A DNA stretch of 49,896 bases, the filler included, from Streblomastix strix (taxonomy: Eukaryota): assembly GCA_008636045.1 (NCBI GenBank). It is 2 parts of 2 records of this genome, joined end to end, with 100 filler letters (N's around TTAATTAATTAA, not from the genome) between each part and the next. Parts side by side here need not be neighbours in the genome. Positions count along the whole stretch, not along the records: positions 25,044 to 49,896 come from SNRW01000222.1; 1 more part is not named here. The stretch is one strand, 5' to 3'. This document shows, piece by piece, positions 26,523 through 41,700 of the stretch. How positions within the stretch are numbered: position 1 is the first letter of the stretch; each line of letters opens with the position of its first letter. The translations under genes were made by a program, and so were the position numbers. Below the pieces are notes generated by a model. It did no database searches. It saw only the letters and a program-made list of their open reading frames with translations, and was not told the DNA's origin.

Positions 26523-29500
26523 TCAAAGTACTTCTCCACCAGTGAAGTATGCTCTTAACTTTCTTTCGGTAGAAGTTATGAAAGAATCAGTGTCTTAAGG
26601 TTATTGATCTTTGTTTTATGATTGAACGCTGCTAATGGTATTTTATGAAATTGGTGCTTCTTATTCTTTTTCTTCTCTTCCATTACTATTTCCTGTGAAG
26701 ATTTGAGGAAGTTAACCTGGAGGCTATAATAATAAAAATAATAAAAAACAAAATTAGTTATTAAATTAAATTAAGTAAATAAATATATATTCTTTTCTCT
26801 ATTATTATTCTCATTCATAAATACAACTACCATACCAAGTACTGTTTGTACATATCCCACAGATACGAATTTGACACCGACGATCCATCACACGAATTCC
26901 TCCCAATATCCTGATCCTTCTCTGCTTCAGTTCCATTCTCTTTGCTCTTTGAAAATTCAGATCTCACACTTTAGTTGTCTTTGTCAGTCTTCTTGCCACG
27001 ATTACTCTCAGATTCTGATCTGAAGCGATATTCGGTTGTATAAGAGTGCGGGGTTTGTACTTGTGCACGTTTCTGAGGTTGTTGGAATTATGAGACAAAA
27101 GTTGGTCTGAAAGAAGAAGAATTATTTTGTTCATAAAAAGAATTTCGTGTTGATGATTATGTTCGATAGGCAGAAGAAGATGATGAAGAAGAATCCGAAG
27201 AAGATGAAGAATCTGAAGAAGAATCCGAAGAAGATGAAGAATCTGAAGAAGAAGACGATGATGAAGAGGATGAAGAATCACTTGAACTTTCACCTTTTTT
27301 GTTTTTTGTTTTTTTATTCTTTTTATTTCTTTTTAAATTTCTTTTGTTGTTCTTTCTTGGTTTTGATTTCTTCTTTCCTTTTTATTCTTCATAATTTTCA
27401 TAATCACTATCACTGGAATCTTCATCATCATATTCATCATATTTCTTTACATGATTCTTGTTTCTATTCAAAATCTTTTTCCTTTTTGACCTTAAATATA
27501 TTTGAAAGGTAAAAAAAAAATAATTATTAATTATTAATAATAAATATAAATAAAAATAAAATAATTACCTTTCTAACTTCTATCTTCCTTCACTCCGAGT
27601 TAAGCTTCTTTTCAGTTTCTTATCTTTTGCTGATTTCTTCATCTTCCTCATTTCTGAGTCAATATCTTTTTTCTTTTTATTATTTTCTCTGATTCTTGTT
27701 TCCGATCTGTGTTTCATTTTCTTTTCCTTTGATTCACTTTTCTCTTTATTCCTTTCTTTTCTGCTTCTCTTTACACTTGAACGATGAATTTTCTATTCAT
27801 CTTCACTTCTTTCTTCATCTTTATTCTTCTTTTACTTCTTATCTCTACTTGTTTTGGAATGTGAAGACTTTGTATGAGTATTGTTACTACGTTTTGATCT
27901 CTTCATTTATCGATCACTTTTTATGCTATTTGTTTCACTGTCTTATAATTTAAGATCAATTTTGACTGTGTCTCCTCTAAGATCTTACATCTGCCTTTTT
28001 ACATCTATTCCATCTATAATATATTACCATTATCCATTACCATTATTCATTGAAGATTATTGTTGCAATGAAGAATGAATATAATCAGATTATGAGGAAG
28101 AATGCTCATCTGATTAGGAAACTGAAGAGCGAATATCTGAAGATGATGAAGACATCTGAGTATTATGAACATCTGATGATTGTTGATTTTCAGAAATTGA
28201 TTTTTCATGTATTTTCTCTGGTTCCGAAGATGTGTTCGTTCTTTCCATCTAAATCTTTTTATTTTTGTTCATTTTTTAAATTAATTTCTTCTTATTTCTT
28301 AATCTGAAAATATAGAATAAAGCAGCGATAATTATACTAACAATCACCAATACTCCAACAACAACAATAATGATCCATACAAAATTTGTTGTTTTTTATT
28401 CATCTATTACTGGTTCATCTTATTTTGATATGCTTCCTTATTCTTAATCAGTTTCTGGATCATTTTCTGATGGATCAGGAATTACAGGATCAGTTGGATC
28501 AGGATCTGATGGATCAATTTCGGTTTATTTGCAAACTAATTCACCTCGTGGATCATTAATTGGCAGACATGGGCAATTAGCAGTTGATTAATGAATTAAA
28601 TCTACTATGCATAATTTATCTCTCTCGCATGTTGCTTATTGGTATGATGATCCTATTTCACACATACATTCTATAGTTAATTCAGCTTTTGATGTGCAAT
28701 AAGATGGGCAAATACCTCCAGCTCTTGGATCACCTTTCATCAGACACGGACAGTCAAGTTTAGATTATGATATCAACTCAAAGTTGCACAATTTGTCTTT
28801 TATACAAGTAGTTGAAGGATAATTTGTTGAACTTGTATCACATGTGCAACCTGAAGTTAGAGATCCTTTTACACAATATGCTGGACATTCACCTCTTCCT
28901 GCTCTTGGATCTGCTGTTGATTTGCATTCACATCTTGAAGAAGGAATGCCAATTAACTATGTTGGATCTGTTGGACACTTACATCCTGATGGGAAATTAG
29001 TTCCAGTACATTAACATGAATCTTTTAGTACAGTTTAGTTGGAAGAAGCTGAACAATGCCCCTTTTCTGTGTTACAAGTTGATTGAGGATAACTGGTAGA
29101 ATTTGAATCACAAATGCAATCAGTTGTTGGTAAGTCTTTAGCTGTACAATAAGCTGGACATTTTCCACCAGCTCGAGGATCTCCAGAATTCAAACATGGA
29201 CAATCTGATTTGAATTAGTTAATCAGATCAAATTTGCATTTCTTATCAATCTCGCAAACTGATTATGAATAAGATGTGAGATTTGTATCACAAACACATT
29301 CTGATTTTAGATTTCCTTTCACACAATATGAAGGACAAGTATCTCCAGCTCTTGGATCAGCTGAACTCAAACATGGACAGTCAGTTGTTGTTTGATTAAT
29401 CAGATCAAATGTACATAATTTATCTTTCTGACATATTGAAGTTGGATATTCAGATGAATTTGTATCACAAACACAATTTGTAGTAAGATTATCTTTTGAT

Positions 29501-32037
29501 ATACAATATGCTGGACAGATAGTTCCAGCTCTTGGATCTGAAGATGATCTGCATGAACATCTATTTTAAGGAATACCAACAAGTTAGGAAGAATTTGTTG
29601 GACACTTACATCCAGAAGGATAATTTGTTCCAGAACATGTGCATGAATCTTTCGATACTGTTGAACTTGAACTAATTGTACATTTCTTATTCGATTGACA
29701 TTCTGAAGGTGTATAACTCGTTGAATTTGAATCGCATATACAATCAGATGTTGGAATATCTGGACCACTGCAATATGCTGGACATACACCATTACCTGCT
29801 CTTGGATCTTCAGTACTCAAACATGGACAATCAGAAGCTGTTTGATGAACTAAATCTGTGATGCACTTTTTCTCAATCTCACATTATGTAACTGAGAAGT
29901 TAGTTATATTTGTATCGCATGTACAATTAGATGTTGTTTATCCTTTCACACAGTAAGCAGGACATTCACCACCAGCTCTTGGATCTGATGTATTCAAACA
30001 AGGACAATATGATTTGTTTTGATTCTTCAAATCATATTAGCAAGATTTATCTTATTGGCACTAATTAAATGAATAGCCTGATAAATTATAATCGCATAAA
30101 CAATCTGGAGTTAAAGATCCTCTTATACAATATGCTGGACAAATCCCATCTGCTCTGGGATCTGCAGTTGATCTGCATTAGCATCTGGATTTAGGAATAC
30201 CAACTAATAATGATGGATCTTTTGGACACTTACATCCTGATGGGGAATTAGTTCCAGTGCATTCACACGAATTTGTTGGTACTGTATAATCTGATGATGT
30301 AGTACATTTCTTTTCAGATTGGCAAGTTGATTGATGATAACTCGTTGAATTTGAATCACAAATGCAATCAGTTGTTGGTTAATCTTTAAATGTACAATAA
30401 GATGGACATTTTCCACCAGCTCGAGGATCATTAGTATTCAAACATGGACAATCTGATTTGGATTAGTTAATCAGATCAAATTTGCATTTCATATCAATCT
30501 CGCAAACTTATTGTGAATAAGATGTAGAATTTGAATCGCATATACAATCTGAAGTTACATTTCCTTTCTCACAATATGAAGGACAAGTATCTCCAGCTCT
30601 TGGATCAGCTGAACTCAAACATGGACAGTCAGTAATTGTTTGATGAACCAAATCAAATGTGCATAATTTATCCATCTGACATATTGAAGATGGATATTCA
30701 GATGAATTTGTATCACAAACACAATCAGAAGTTAGTTCAGTTTAAGATATGCATATTTCTTTCTGTGCAATATTTGCATACCCAGATTAAATCTCTATAA
30801 AATTAATGTCGATTTAGAAGAATACTGTATTTCCCAATGTTGTTGTACTTCCCTCAAACAGCTAAATTAACTTTCTCTTTATGTTAGTATTCGTCCAGCC
30901 TGAAGGATAGTCATTAATGTTCAGAAATGCATCATTTCCTCCCTATGATTTTATTTTATTGTTTCCTGAGAACTAATTTCCACTGAAATTGAGTTTTGAA
31001 TAACAGCCGAACCTTCCAAAGATGCCGCCTGTGACGTATCCTGTGTTATCAATGATCTTATTATTCGTAATAATGTACGTATTTACGTAATTTGAGGTCT
31101 GAATTGCATCAGCAATACTAATTATACCCATGGAACCTTATTTTTTATCTTGAGATAATGAACATTGCTCAAAAGTGCATCTATTAACAGTCACTTTCTA
31201 TTTCTCAGTATATGCATTTATTTATATGATGCCCAATACTGAGCCTGTTAGAGTGATGTTCTCGAAGTGCGAATTCTCAATTAGTACTTCAGAACCAGTA
31301 ATGAAAGAGTAGAATTTAACTGGGCTGTCAGTATCACTATAGATATATTAGAAATAGCAATCTATTATATTCATCTTACTAAGTCCACCTGCATTAATGA
31401 TTTTATTAACAGAAATGTTGGGCAGTCCTATGAAGATACATTACGTAATTATCAGCTATTCATTATGTATGAGTTGATCAGCTTCCAGAAAATTACCCGT
31501 TGGATAAATAATTTTATTGGCTACATTATAATATTCAAATTGGATATTTTTGAGAGTAAGATTGCCTTGTTTTAGTGCAATTGTGTTTGCAGCTGATGCA
31601 TCAACACGCCAAATGGTTCGCATTTAATTCCCGCTTTATTAAACGCCACCCTACAATTTATAAAATTATATATTAAAAATATAAATAAAAGATTTTCTTT
31701 AAATAATTTTTTTGCATACTTTAATAACAACAGAAGATGTCTTATTGATCGTAATAGATTCATAATGATTGTTATCATCCAATGTGATATCAAAACCATC
31801 ACTACAAGCTCTTTCGAGAACAAGGGTCAAATTTCTTGCAGTTTTTGCTGTAGCGTTCAAATTACTGTATTTCTTACCAACATTCCAAATGCATGGTGCG
31901 TTGGAATGCTTATAAACAGGGTTTAGCACAGATTCAAATGAAAACTAGTCTGATGATGCGCACGAAGAGTTTTAAGCTGGTAAAAACTAACTTTATCCAA
32001 AAGCAGCTATCACAGCGAGAGGAAGTACAAACAACAT
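26523..32037 (-). CDS. Type I transmembrane surface protein: signal peptide, probable parallel beta-helix domain, Cys-rich repeat stalk, TM helix and long Ser/Lys-rich cytoplasmic tail
   Basis: ATG 32037 gives MLFVLPLAVIAAFG (signal-like). A beta-helix-like region contains IENSHFENITL, VNRCTFEQC and FSGNQFSGN. Cys repeats follow, then a Pro/Asp linker (DPSDPDPTDPVIPDP) and the TM segment FVWIIIVVVGVLVIVSIIIAALFYIF followed by RLRNKKK. Introns lie at about 31652-31718, 27491-27568 and 26725-26835. TGA at 26525-26523. Confidence 0.85.
28540..30745 (-). repeat. Coding Cys-rich tandem repeat array with 11 DPR(AG) units and higher-order structure
   Basis: The motif C-P-C-L-x3-D-P-R-A-G-x2-C-P-x-Y-C-x7-C-x-C-D recurs at spacings of about 177-180 nt or about 267-270 nt in a long-short-short rhythm. 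The segments at about 29100-29475 and 30349-30723 are highly similar (offset 1248 nt). Confidence 0.9.
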
Positions 32038-32753
32038 CTGATAAAACAAAAATGATAAAACATGCAAATTTATTGGTTAATAAACGCAGTTCAATGAGAG
32101 TACAACTAGAAAAAGATATTTTATGAAAACATTAAGTTTTTTCGTTCAATGCTACTTTATTTGTTTAGTAATATATAAGTATTATATTAAATACCATTTA
32201 AAAAAGGAATAACTATATACAGTTGGTAGTAACCGGTTTGAATACTGTCAAATGAAGGAATGATTTTGAGGAATAAATCATATGCAATAAAAATAATTTA
32301 CGCTATTATAAATAGATTTTAATTAGTAAAATAGATCGAAATAAATATATTAAGGGTTGTTTTATTCTTTACATTCACCATTTTTGATAGAATAAAAATA
32401 TCAAATAATAAAGATGTTTCTAGTAAGTATAAAAAATCTCTAAAAAAGGTAAAAAGAAAAATATGGTTGGTAATTAATTCAAGCATCCAACTATTAATAA
32501 ATAAATAAAACTGAATAAAATAAAGATGCGTCCAAAATAGAGTAGTAATGTTTGGACTAAAAATTATGAATTAAATAATTTAAAAATTAAAATTTAGAAA
32601 TGTATTAAAAATAATATAACTACTAATTATAAATATAGTATTACTATATGAAGAAATAATCAAATATTTCTATTCACTTTTTCTATTCACTTTTTCTATT
32701 CATTTTTATTTTCCTAAAAGCATATTTTTGTTTTATATTTTTCATCCTATTTA

Positions 32754-35700
32754 TCAATTTTAATAACCATCTTCAAAGGTACTTGCTACTACTGCTTCTT
32801 TTCTTAATCTTATTCTTTATTATTCTCAATAATATAACTTTATTATTTAACTTGCATGATTTTTTCCTTTGATTAACTTAAATTCTTTTAGCTTATATTA
32901 TCTTTGCTGACCTCTTATTGATTCATTTTCATTGATTATTAATCTTGGGACGATGATTTACTTAGCTCTTTCATAAAACTATGCTTCACTGGTTGTACAC
33001 TTTTATCTTTTGCTAAACTTTAGTTTGCTACACTTTAATTATCTTTAATGATTTCTTACTACTTTATTTTCAAAAACTATTAATCTTGTGATTATGACTT
33101 ACTCATAATCCTCTGCTACTCCATATCTTTTAACATTTAATGTCTATCAGTTTCCTGCTTTGATTTACATGTATTTCTCTGCGTCTCAAACTCAGCTTTA
33201 TCCTTCATGTTCCTACTTTGCATCTCTTTCAATTGTCTCTCTTTCTCCTTTTCCCACATCTTGTCCTTCTCAATCTACAATTGTCTCTCAACTTCAATCT
33301 CCAAATCTCTTTTCTTCCTCTATTTACTCCGCTCTGATTCGAGATCTCTTCGTACACTCTGCTAATAGAGCGTTCTTTCTGTCTGTCGAGCTTTGTTCAG
33401 ATTGGCGGCATCCAGCTTCTGTTTCTCCCATAATTTCTCTTTATCCAACATCCTCTCATTGAACTCCTTCTCTTTCTGCTTCTCCAGTAATAGCAGTTCA
33501 TAATCTCGAGCTTTTTCCCACATCTTCTCTTATTCAGATGATATATCCCTTAGTCGCCCTCTTTCTGATTCCCTCTGTTATCTTTCTCTTTCTATTGCAT
33601 CTAACAGTTCTTTCTCTCTTAATCTCCATTCTTTCTCTTTCTCATACTATTTAATCTGCCATTCTTTATCACTATATCTAGTAGAACTTGTTATATCTGA
33701 TGATCGTGTCTATGTTTTCATATCTGATTGCCGAATGGATGATACATATTCTCTTGTTTTCGGTTGAAAACTTACTGACGCCTAACGGTCACTTCTTTGT
33801 TTATAACTAATCATAGAACCCAATTCGGATCTGTTAGTTTACTAGTATACATAACGCAGCTTTGAAGAAGAGTTTCTCAGTATTTAGTACTTCGGATCAA
33901 CATTATAGTCCCACTTTTCCATTTCATCTGCTTCTAATGCTGCTCTGCTTATATTCAGCCTCATCATTGCCATCTCTTCTTATTGTTTTCGCAACAGACG
34001 TAAAGCTTCGTTTTGCTCTTATTCGTGCATCTTTTATTGCTCAAGTAATTTAAATGCATTTGATTATACTTCATTCTCTTTCAAGTTCAATTATTCTTTT
34101 AATTTATTAGCTTTTTGTTATTATTCATGTTCCATTTAAGACAATTTCTTCTTCAAATGATTCATCTCCTTCTCATTGACTTTGTGTCTTTCCTCCATCT
34201 CTTTCAGTTTTGCTTCATCATCTTTACTTGATCCTTTTGTCTCATACATGTTCATAGCTCCTTTTTAAGCTTCTTCATCTTCAAGGTATTGTGCAACTTG
34301 CTCATCTTCTTCTTCCTCGCCATATTCATCAATTGTGCGAGATGGTTCACGGGATCTAAGAAAATAATGATTAAGAAAAAATAAGAGTTAATGTATTCAT
34401 TTTAGTGTTTTCTATTATTTTTTCTAAAATTGAATTTTTTATTTATATATAACAAATTTCATCCTGTTCATACTTCAACTTAGTGATCTAATTAACTGCC
34501 ATTCCTTTAATTGGATACATCTTTACATCCATTCGAATTGGAGAATATTTATTTCCATCTGTCGGATTGACTGGTATTGTTGTGCATGTCAAATATTTGC
34601 GATCTATAATGATATATGAAATAAAAGATAATTAATAAATAAATTTAAATTCAATTATAATTTTTATAATTATGTTTAATAATAAATGTAATTATCATAC
34701 AGAATGTGCCAGTCTCAAGTTGTTCTTGGTACTGATTAGAATAATAAATATAAATTAAAAGAAAATATGACAAATTAAAATTCATTTTCATTCAAATTCA
34801 ATATTTTAATAATCATTTGCATACAAAGCTACTTTTTACATCAGCAATAAGAACAACTGATATTCCTTTCAACATCAAGAATCCATTTGGATTTCCAATA
34901 CAATTTTCCATATTCTCTAAAAATAATAAATAAATAATGAGATATAAAAAGATATTTTTCATTCTAATTTTCTCGATTTAAAATTAATATATATTTAATT
35001 TCAGTTTATTTCAGTAATCAATTAAACATTAATAATCAAATCATTAAATTAAACCATAATAATCACACCCATCTATTTAGTCACTGGTTCCATCTGCATT
35101 CTTGATGGAGTTCGTGGCATCCAATTTTCAATATCATTCTTTTCATTACTACTGCTTGTATCATAACCTGATTTATCTCCAAAATTTTGCTATTTATAAA
35201 TGGGGATGAAAAGAGAAATAATGAATATTAAAAATACTAATAAATATTTATATGTAAAATAAATAAATATTCTCTTTTTTATAAATAATTTACTATTAAT
35301 AAATATTAAAATTATCAAACTTGTAATTACTTTGCTGTTTACTGTGCTTGAAATGCTTCATTCTTCACAATTGGAGCATAGAACTCACATATTATTGCAG
35401 GGCGGCCTAGTTAAAGAGTAAAATGAATATCAATTTATAAATAAAGTTAAATAATTGTATTTTTATTTGACATATAATAATATTAAACAGTATTCTCAAA
35501 TCATATAAAATAAGTCAAACCTCCAAAGTATACTTTTGGATCAAAGAATGAAGATACCATGCTTGCATAACCATTTCTATTAACAAAACTAATTGATAGA
35601 GTTTCATTGTTCGTGTACATCTTTGCTATCTATTTCTTCTTCTTCTCTTCATCATTCATGAATTCTTCTTACAGGTTATTAAGTTAGTTCTACTCTGTTG

Positions 35701-38700
35701 CCACATTAATTGGAGGAGGTAATGGAGTTGTATAATATTCAGATATAACAGGATATGGAGGTAATTATAATTGAGGTTGAACTGGGAATGAAAATCCTCT
35801 TGTGATATCAACTTGCGGTATTCTGTTGCATATATATTCAACTTAATTACCTCCAGTATGTTCTAAAATTTGCTCTTATTCAGTTCTCACAAATAACCTC
35901 TACAAGTTTATCTTATTCAATTATCCCATATATTTCTATTATATATTTCCTCTCATATTCCTCTAACCATTTTATTACTGTTATTATTATTACTACAGCT
36001 CCCCTTCAGGTGGATCCACTATCCAACCTCCTTCAATTGGATCAATTTACTAATTGAAGTCATCTTACTAATTTTCATCATAACTCTCATTAATTTGCTC
36101 ATCAATTGGAAGATCTTAATTAGGTAGAATGGTAGCTTCATATTGGTATTTGAGATAATCTTCAGCATCAAGTGGTTTGCATAATGAATACCTGTCAAGT
36201 GGTGGAAGATATGAAGGATCAACCATTTATTATTATATCAGCTGGTTCTGATCAAGTCTAAAATCAGCTAATTAGTTTGGAGTATATTTAGTCTTATTAT
36301 CAGCCTGCATTCCACTATATCCATACTATGAAGATGTTGATGTCAGCTGTCCCTTTTATTATTATCCTTACTATTGCATTCCTTATTATTCAAGCCATTT
36401 CTGCTTCATTGCCCAATCCTCGTAATCATCTCCATCTCCAACTTCACCAAACAGCTCCAAATGATTGTACCAGAACTTCTCACCTTCCCAGACAAACTGA
36501 TCTTGCGATCTACGTAATCTACTGTCAGATTATTGACTTTGATTTGATGGATCTGCAATACTGTTCTGTGGTCTAACTTCAGTTTTTCCAAAGTATTTGT
36601 TTTCATACATATTACGAGCAAGAATGATGTTGTTGGTAGTTGGATTAGATAATTCATTATCAGTGATTGATTGATCAAAGCTTCCAAAGAATGAAGTAAA
36701 CCTTGTCAGATGCTATTTTTGGTTCTGATCAACATTCTATTCTCTTAGATATTAATTAAATTAGAAGATGGAGATAAATTTGTTATCTGGATCGAAAAAC
36801 ATCCAATTCTTATTGTAATTTGAACCAACATTAGCTTTATTCAAATATTATCTTTATAATTATGCTTTTCTTTTCCTATCTAATTATCTTTATGCATTCA
36901 TGAATTGTGGAGCAGTATTCCATCTTCCCCAATTTCCTTTACCAACTCTCCAAATACGAACTGGTCGTTTAACTATTGGAACACAGGAGAAAACAAGAGC
37001 TCGTCTAAAAAAATTAATAAAAAAAAGAATAAGAATATATATATAATAGATGTAATTAAACATTTAATTTTTCTTCAATCATAAATATTTATTTATTTTT
37101 CTATTATATATCATATGATTAAACCTCGAATAACCAGGATCAGTCAGCCAATCAATTTCTGTTTCATTTTCTTCTTCTTCTTTGTCTACTTCTGGTGTAT
37201 TTGTTGCTGTGACCACATTATAGAATGATTGAATACCATATTATGTCCTTGGCTAAAACCCGTAGTACGATCGAGGTTGAAATCCATACGAAGATTGAGA
37301 TTGATATAACATCGACTTCAATCGAGATCTTCCTTATTCATCTTACTCCATCTTCTCAGTTGTACTCTGAACTACAATAACTTCATTTCTCTTCTTCCTT
37401 TCATTTTCAATATCTTCCCATTCAGCCATACAATCTCCTGTTACTCGAGTAACACATACAGGTGGATATGGAGTTTGGCTGTGGTGTGTCAAAGGTAAAT
37501 ACATTTGCATCATCATACCAATTTTGGGAGTTTCAAACAGTCTGAATAATTAATAAACAAAAGAAAAAATGAAACAGCGAAAAGAAAATATTGAATTAAT
37601 CATATATCTAATAAATTTCATTTATTCAAATTTGTTAGTTATTGATACATTACCTTCTAACCATCTTCATATGATGCACGCATATTCCCAGGCACAATGC
37701 ATATCCTCTCTCTTCATCAACATATCTCACTAAATAGAACTCACCTTATCTTTTTGCTGCTTCAAACACTGGGATTGCAACTGTTGTAAGTGCTGTCTCA
37801 TCATAATAGAAAGTAGAAGATGGAGAAAAAGTCACTCTTTATGAAACTTATTCATTTTACTGATAGTTGAATTAATTATTTGAAGGAGTAAATTGACTGA
37901 GTGTTAAAGGAGCTAAAAAATCACTTTTACTATCTGAATTATAATCCAATGCATTTGGGCTTTTTAAGCTTCCTATTTACTTCAATTGTCTTTCATCTAA
38001 CAATAATTTCTTCTTCAAATAAAATTATTTCTTTGTGTTGTTCAGAGAATTCAGTAAATGGATTGTTGTATTTTAATAGTAATTGATATTTAGTCCTTTT
38101 GTAACAATATCATTATTATTATCATAATTAATGCTAAATTTATCCTAAAATTTATTTTGCTATGATCCTAATGCATATTGTTGATTATTCATTTAAGTAT
38201 CTAACTGACAATCTTTTATATCTTATTGTATAAGGGAAACTACTAATGGTGCTCTTTCATCAGTTACAATGTCAAACTCTTCATAGAAATATCTGAAATT
38301 AATATTAAAAAAAAACAAAGAAGGAAAATAATACAAAATTTCAATCAAATTAAATAATCAATTAAATTAATAAATCATTAATCAATAACTCATATTAATA
38401 TTTATATACCCTCTTGTTGGATCTCTCATAAATGTATTCTCCATGTCAGGGTTTGTTTCAATTGTGAAAGATGCTGGTTGAGTTTCTACCATTTCACTCT
38501 AATAATGTGTAAATAAAAATAAAAATTAAATTATAATAATAAATTCATTCTTTTTAATTCTTAATTATATTAATAAATAAATATCTAATATAATAAATAA
38601 TCACATATATACTTTCGCATCAGTTGCTCTCACTCTCACAATCAATCTCTCAGGAAGTTTCTTAGCTCTAAGTCCATCCCTCAATTTGTGTTCTTCTTCT

Positions 38701-41700
38701 CTTTTCTGTCTCAATCTTCTTTCTTTGGCAATTTCTTATCTTTTTTACTCCAACTCTGCTTCTATATTCTGGATTCTTATTCCGATATCCATTAATAGTC
38801 TGTTTTGGCCAGATCTTGCTATATTCATTTAACCACCTTGCTGGCGTAGATCTAAAATGAGTAAAGAATAGATTGAATGATAATAAGTTATTAATATAAA
38901 TTAATTAAAAAGTAAATAAATAATATTTATTTATATATACACAAATTTTATTATTTATATCAAACCATTAAGTTCTGCTTCAAGAGCCTTCATTTCTCTC
39001 TTTCTTTTCACATGTTCTTCCTTCTTTAAAGATTCCTTTAACAGTATAATGATAAAATTAGTTAATATAAAATAATTAATTTACATTTTTATTCATAATA
39101 GTATATTAATATCTATTCAATTATATATTTACATACCCTCATCTACAACTCTTACTGGTTCACATATGGATAAGTAATTCTTGCATCAGATTCTGCCCAG
39201 AAAACCAACAACTGAACTCTAACAGGTCTGTACAATGGTAGGATATTATATTCAACAGGAAATTGGCCAGAATCTGATATAGAAACTGTATCAATTTATT
39301 GAGTTTATTATGATTATTAAGAATATAATGATTATTAATCACTATTTTGATTATTAGACTATTAAACAGGTTAGTATTTTGTCTAAGAAGACGATTTGAC
39401 CAGATTTTTATTTGGCGGTTATGTTACTGATAACTATTGTGATGATACTGACTGGTATGAAAGATATGAAGGAGATTTTGATCTGTGTTATCGTACATGT
39501 TATTGTTATGGGGGTTATTACTGAACTGAATTTGGATTAGATTTCAGTTATTAAGCCACAATTCTTATCATTTTTAGTTCATTGAAGTCTGTAATCTAAA
39601 TTCCATTCCTTTTCCACTGGAATATAAATCCTTTCTTCTGTTGACTAATCATCTCTTCTACACTGAGCATCCTTCTGATCTTAATTGAAGGGAGTATTCC
39701 CAATCTATTTGGGAATATTGGTATCATTCTCAGATCAACGTGCACCACAGACGATATAACATCAGGATCCTCCTCGCGTGTATCAACAGTGTCTGGTTCA
39801 TTATATCCATTGTCATCATCAGCATATTTGTCATTTGTTGTGTCTTATTCTTCAGCATCTTCTTCATCATCGCCCTCTACATACCATCCCATATCATCGA
39901 ATATCTTATTCTGACCTTTCTTTTGAACCCTTTTCTTCATCTACTGGGTTTTATACTCGTAGTTCTTCTTGTCTTTGATCCATTTGACCATAAGCGGTTT
40001 CCCACCTTGCATTGTCTGGAAGTTGAATGATGATTGTCCCATTGTATTGATCCTGTTCATCGATTTAAGCCTTTTCTCTTTTGATTGCTCTCCATCAGCA
40101 TCATACAGAGAATATGCCTGAGTTGTTGAATAGTGTGTCTTAATCTTAGGTAAGGTATCTTTTGAATCAGTATTAGTATCCAATACTATGACTCCATCCT
40201 CTTCATGCATCTGGCCATACTTCATCTCATGAAGCTCAAGATCGTCTTTGATATCGGCTTCATCTAAGTCAACAAGATCTGATGTATCTACTTTTAAGTC
40301 GATTGAATTGTAATCAGAAACAGGGTTAAGGATCTGGAGTGAATATACATTGGGTGAGAAATGAAAAATTTATTATTTATAAAAAAATAAATTAATAAAA
40401 ATCAATTTCTTTCATTATTCCCAATTTTAATCATTCATACGTCATCCCCTTCCAGATCATTCTAACCATCCGACTTCAGCTTCATCAACTTATTCATTGA
40501 ATTTTCAAGTTGTAAAGCAGCTTATTTCTTGTCATCTTACATATATGCACCTTGTTTATCATAATCTGCGATCCTCTTCTTCAATCTGATAATTCGTCTC
40601 ATTTCATTTTGAATGTCTTTCTGCCTAATTTATTCTATCTTATTCTCGCGATAGGTGTCAAGGTGGTCTCCTGTGACCTGTAATAAGCGTATTAATATAA
40701 TAATTGATGGAAGAATATGACAATAAAGAATTTGTTTATATATTATAATGAATTATTTTAATATTTATTGAATTAAAATCTTAATCAAATAATACTATAC
40801 ATACATTTTAAATAAGACCGTATTTCCATTATTACATAGTATCTGTAAGTATATGTATTAAAAATATTGATTAATTTAATAAAAACAAGTAATTTTATCC
40901 AGTTTTTATTAAATAAATACAAATATAATAAAAATTTTCATAAACATAAAAATTATATATCCAAACCCGAAATAACTTTTGCAGTATATTTAGCCTTGGG
41001 GCTCAAAGGAACCAACATATGAACCGACTTACCATATTACATCAAAGACAGCAGTAATCGAATATTAATCTGAGACACGCCAGCAATCTGAACATCATCA
41101 ATATTCTACTACTACGGTGCTTACTAATTATTAGGTTATTGATTACCCATATTATACATGTTAAGATATTGAGATGGGGATCTGGGCATTCCAAGCTGTT
41201 TTTGGACATCTGGAAGAAGGAGTTGAGAGTTTGAAGGTTTTAATGGTTTGTTACCTTCTTCTTATTAAAATGCGTTTTCTTGAACATTTTTCTTTATGTT
41301 TTTTGTAACTTCTGAATTTGCATTGATGAGCATAAAGTTGAGGAAACTCTCGTTGTTGATGCAATCACTTGGAATAATAAAGTCAAATAAATTTCTTCTG
41401 AATTTGGCAAGGTCGGAAACACTTGCTATGTCTGATGTGAGCTACCGCGAGAACTTCTTTGTGTTTGAAACTGACTGCTAGTGTGATAATGCTAAAAATG
41501 GCGTGCAGGTATGCTGAATTATCAACGGATAAAAAATTTCCATAATATTTGAATTAAAATTAATTGCAAACATCAATATCCACACATGTGACCTTGACAC
41601 GGAGCTGGAAAAATACCCTATTTTCTTCATATCCTCGTAATTCTCCAGCGTCAGCTGACTAGTGTGAAAGGAATCTGCTAATGTGTTCCATTGAATCCAA

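Noticed and set aside
28540..30745. Regularly spaced 'gctcttggatc' DNA motif as a non-coding repeat-spacer array
   Set aside because: Spacings fit whole codons, and the motif is the DPRA peptide within an open minus-strand frame.
32667..32706. Short direct repeat (tttctattcactt, about 3 copies)
   Set aside because: It is a simple low-complexity slippage repeat in AT-rich intergenic DNA.
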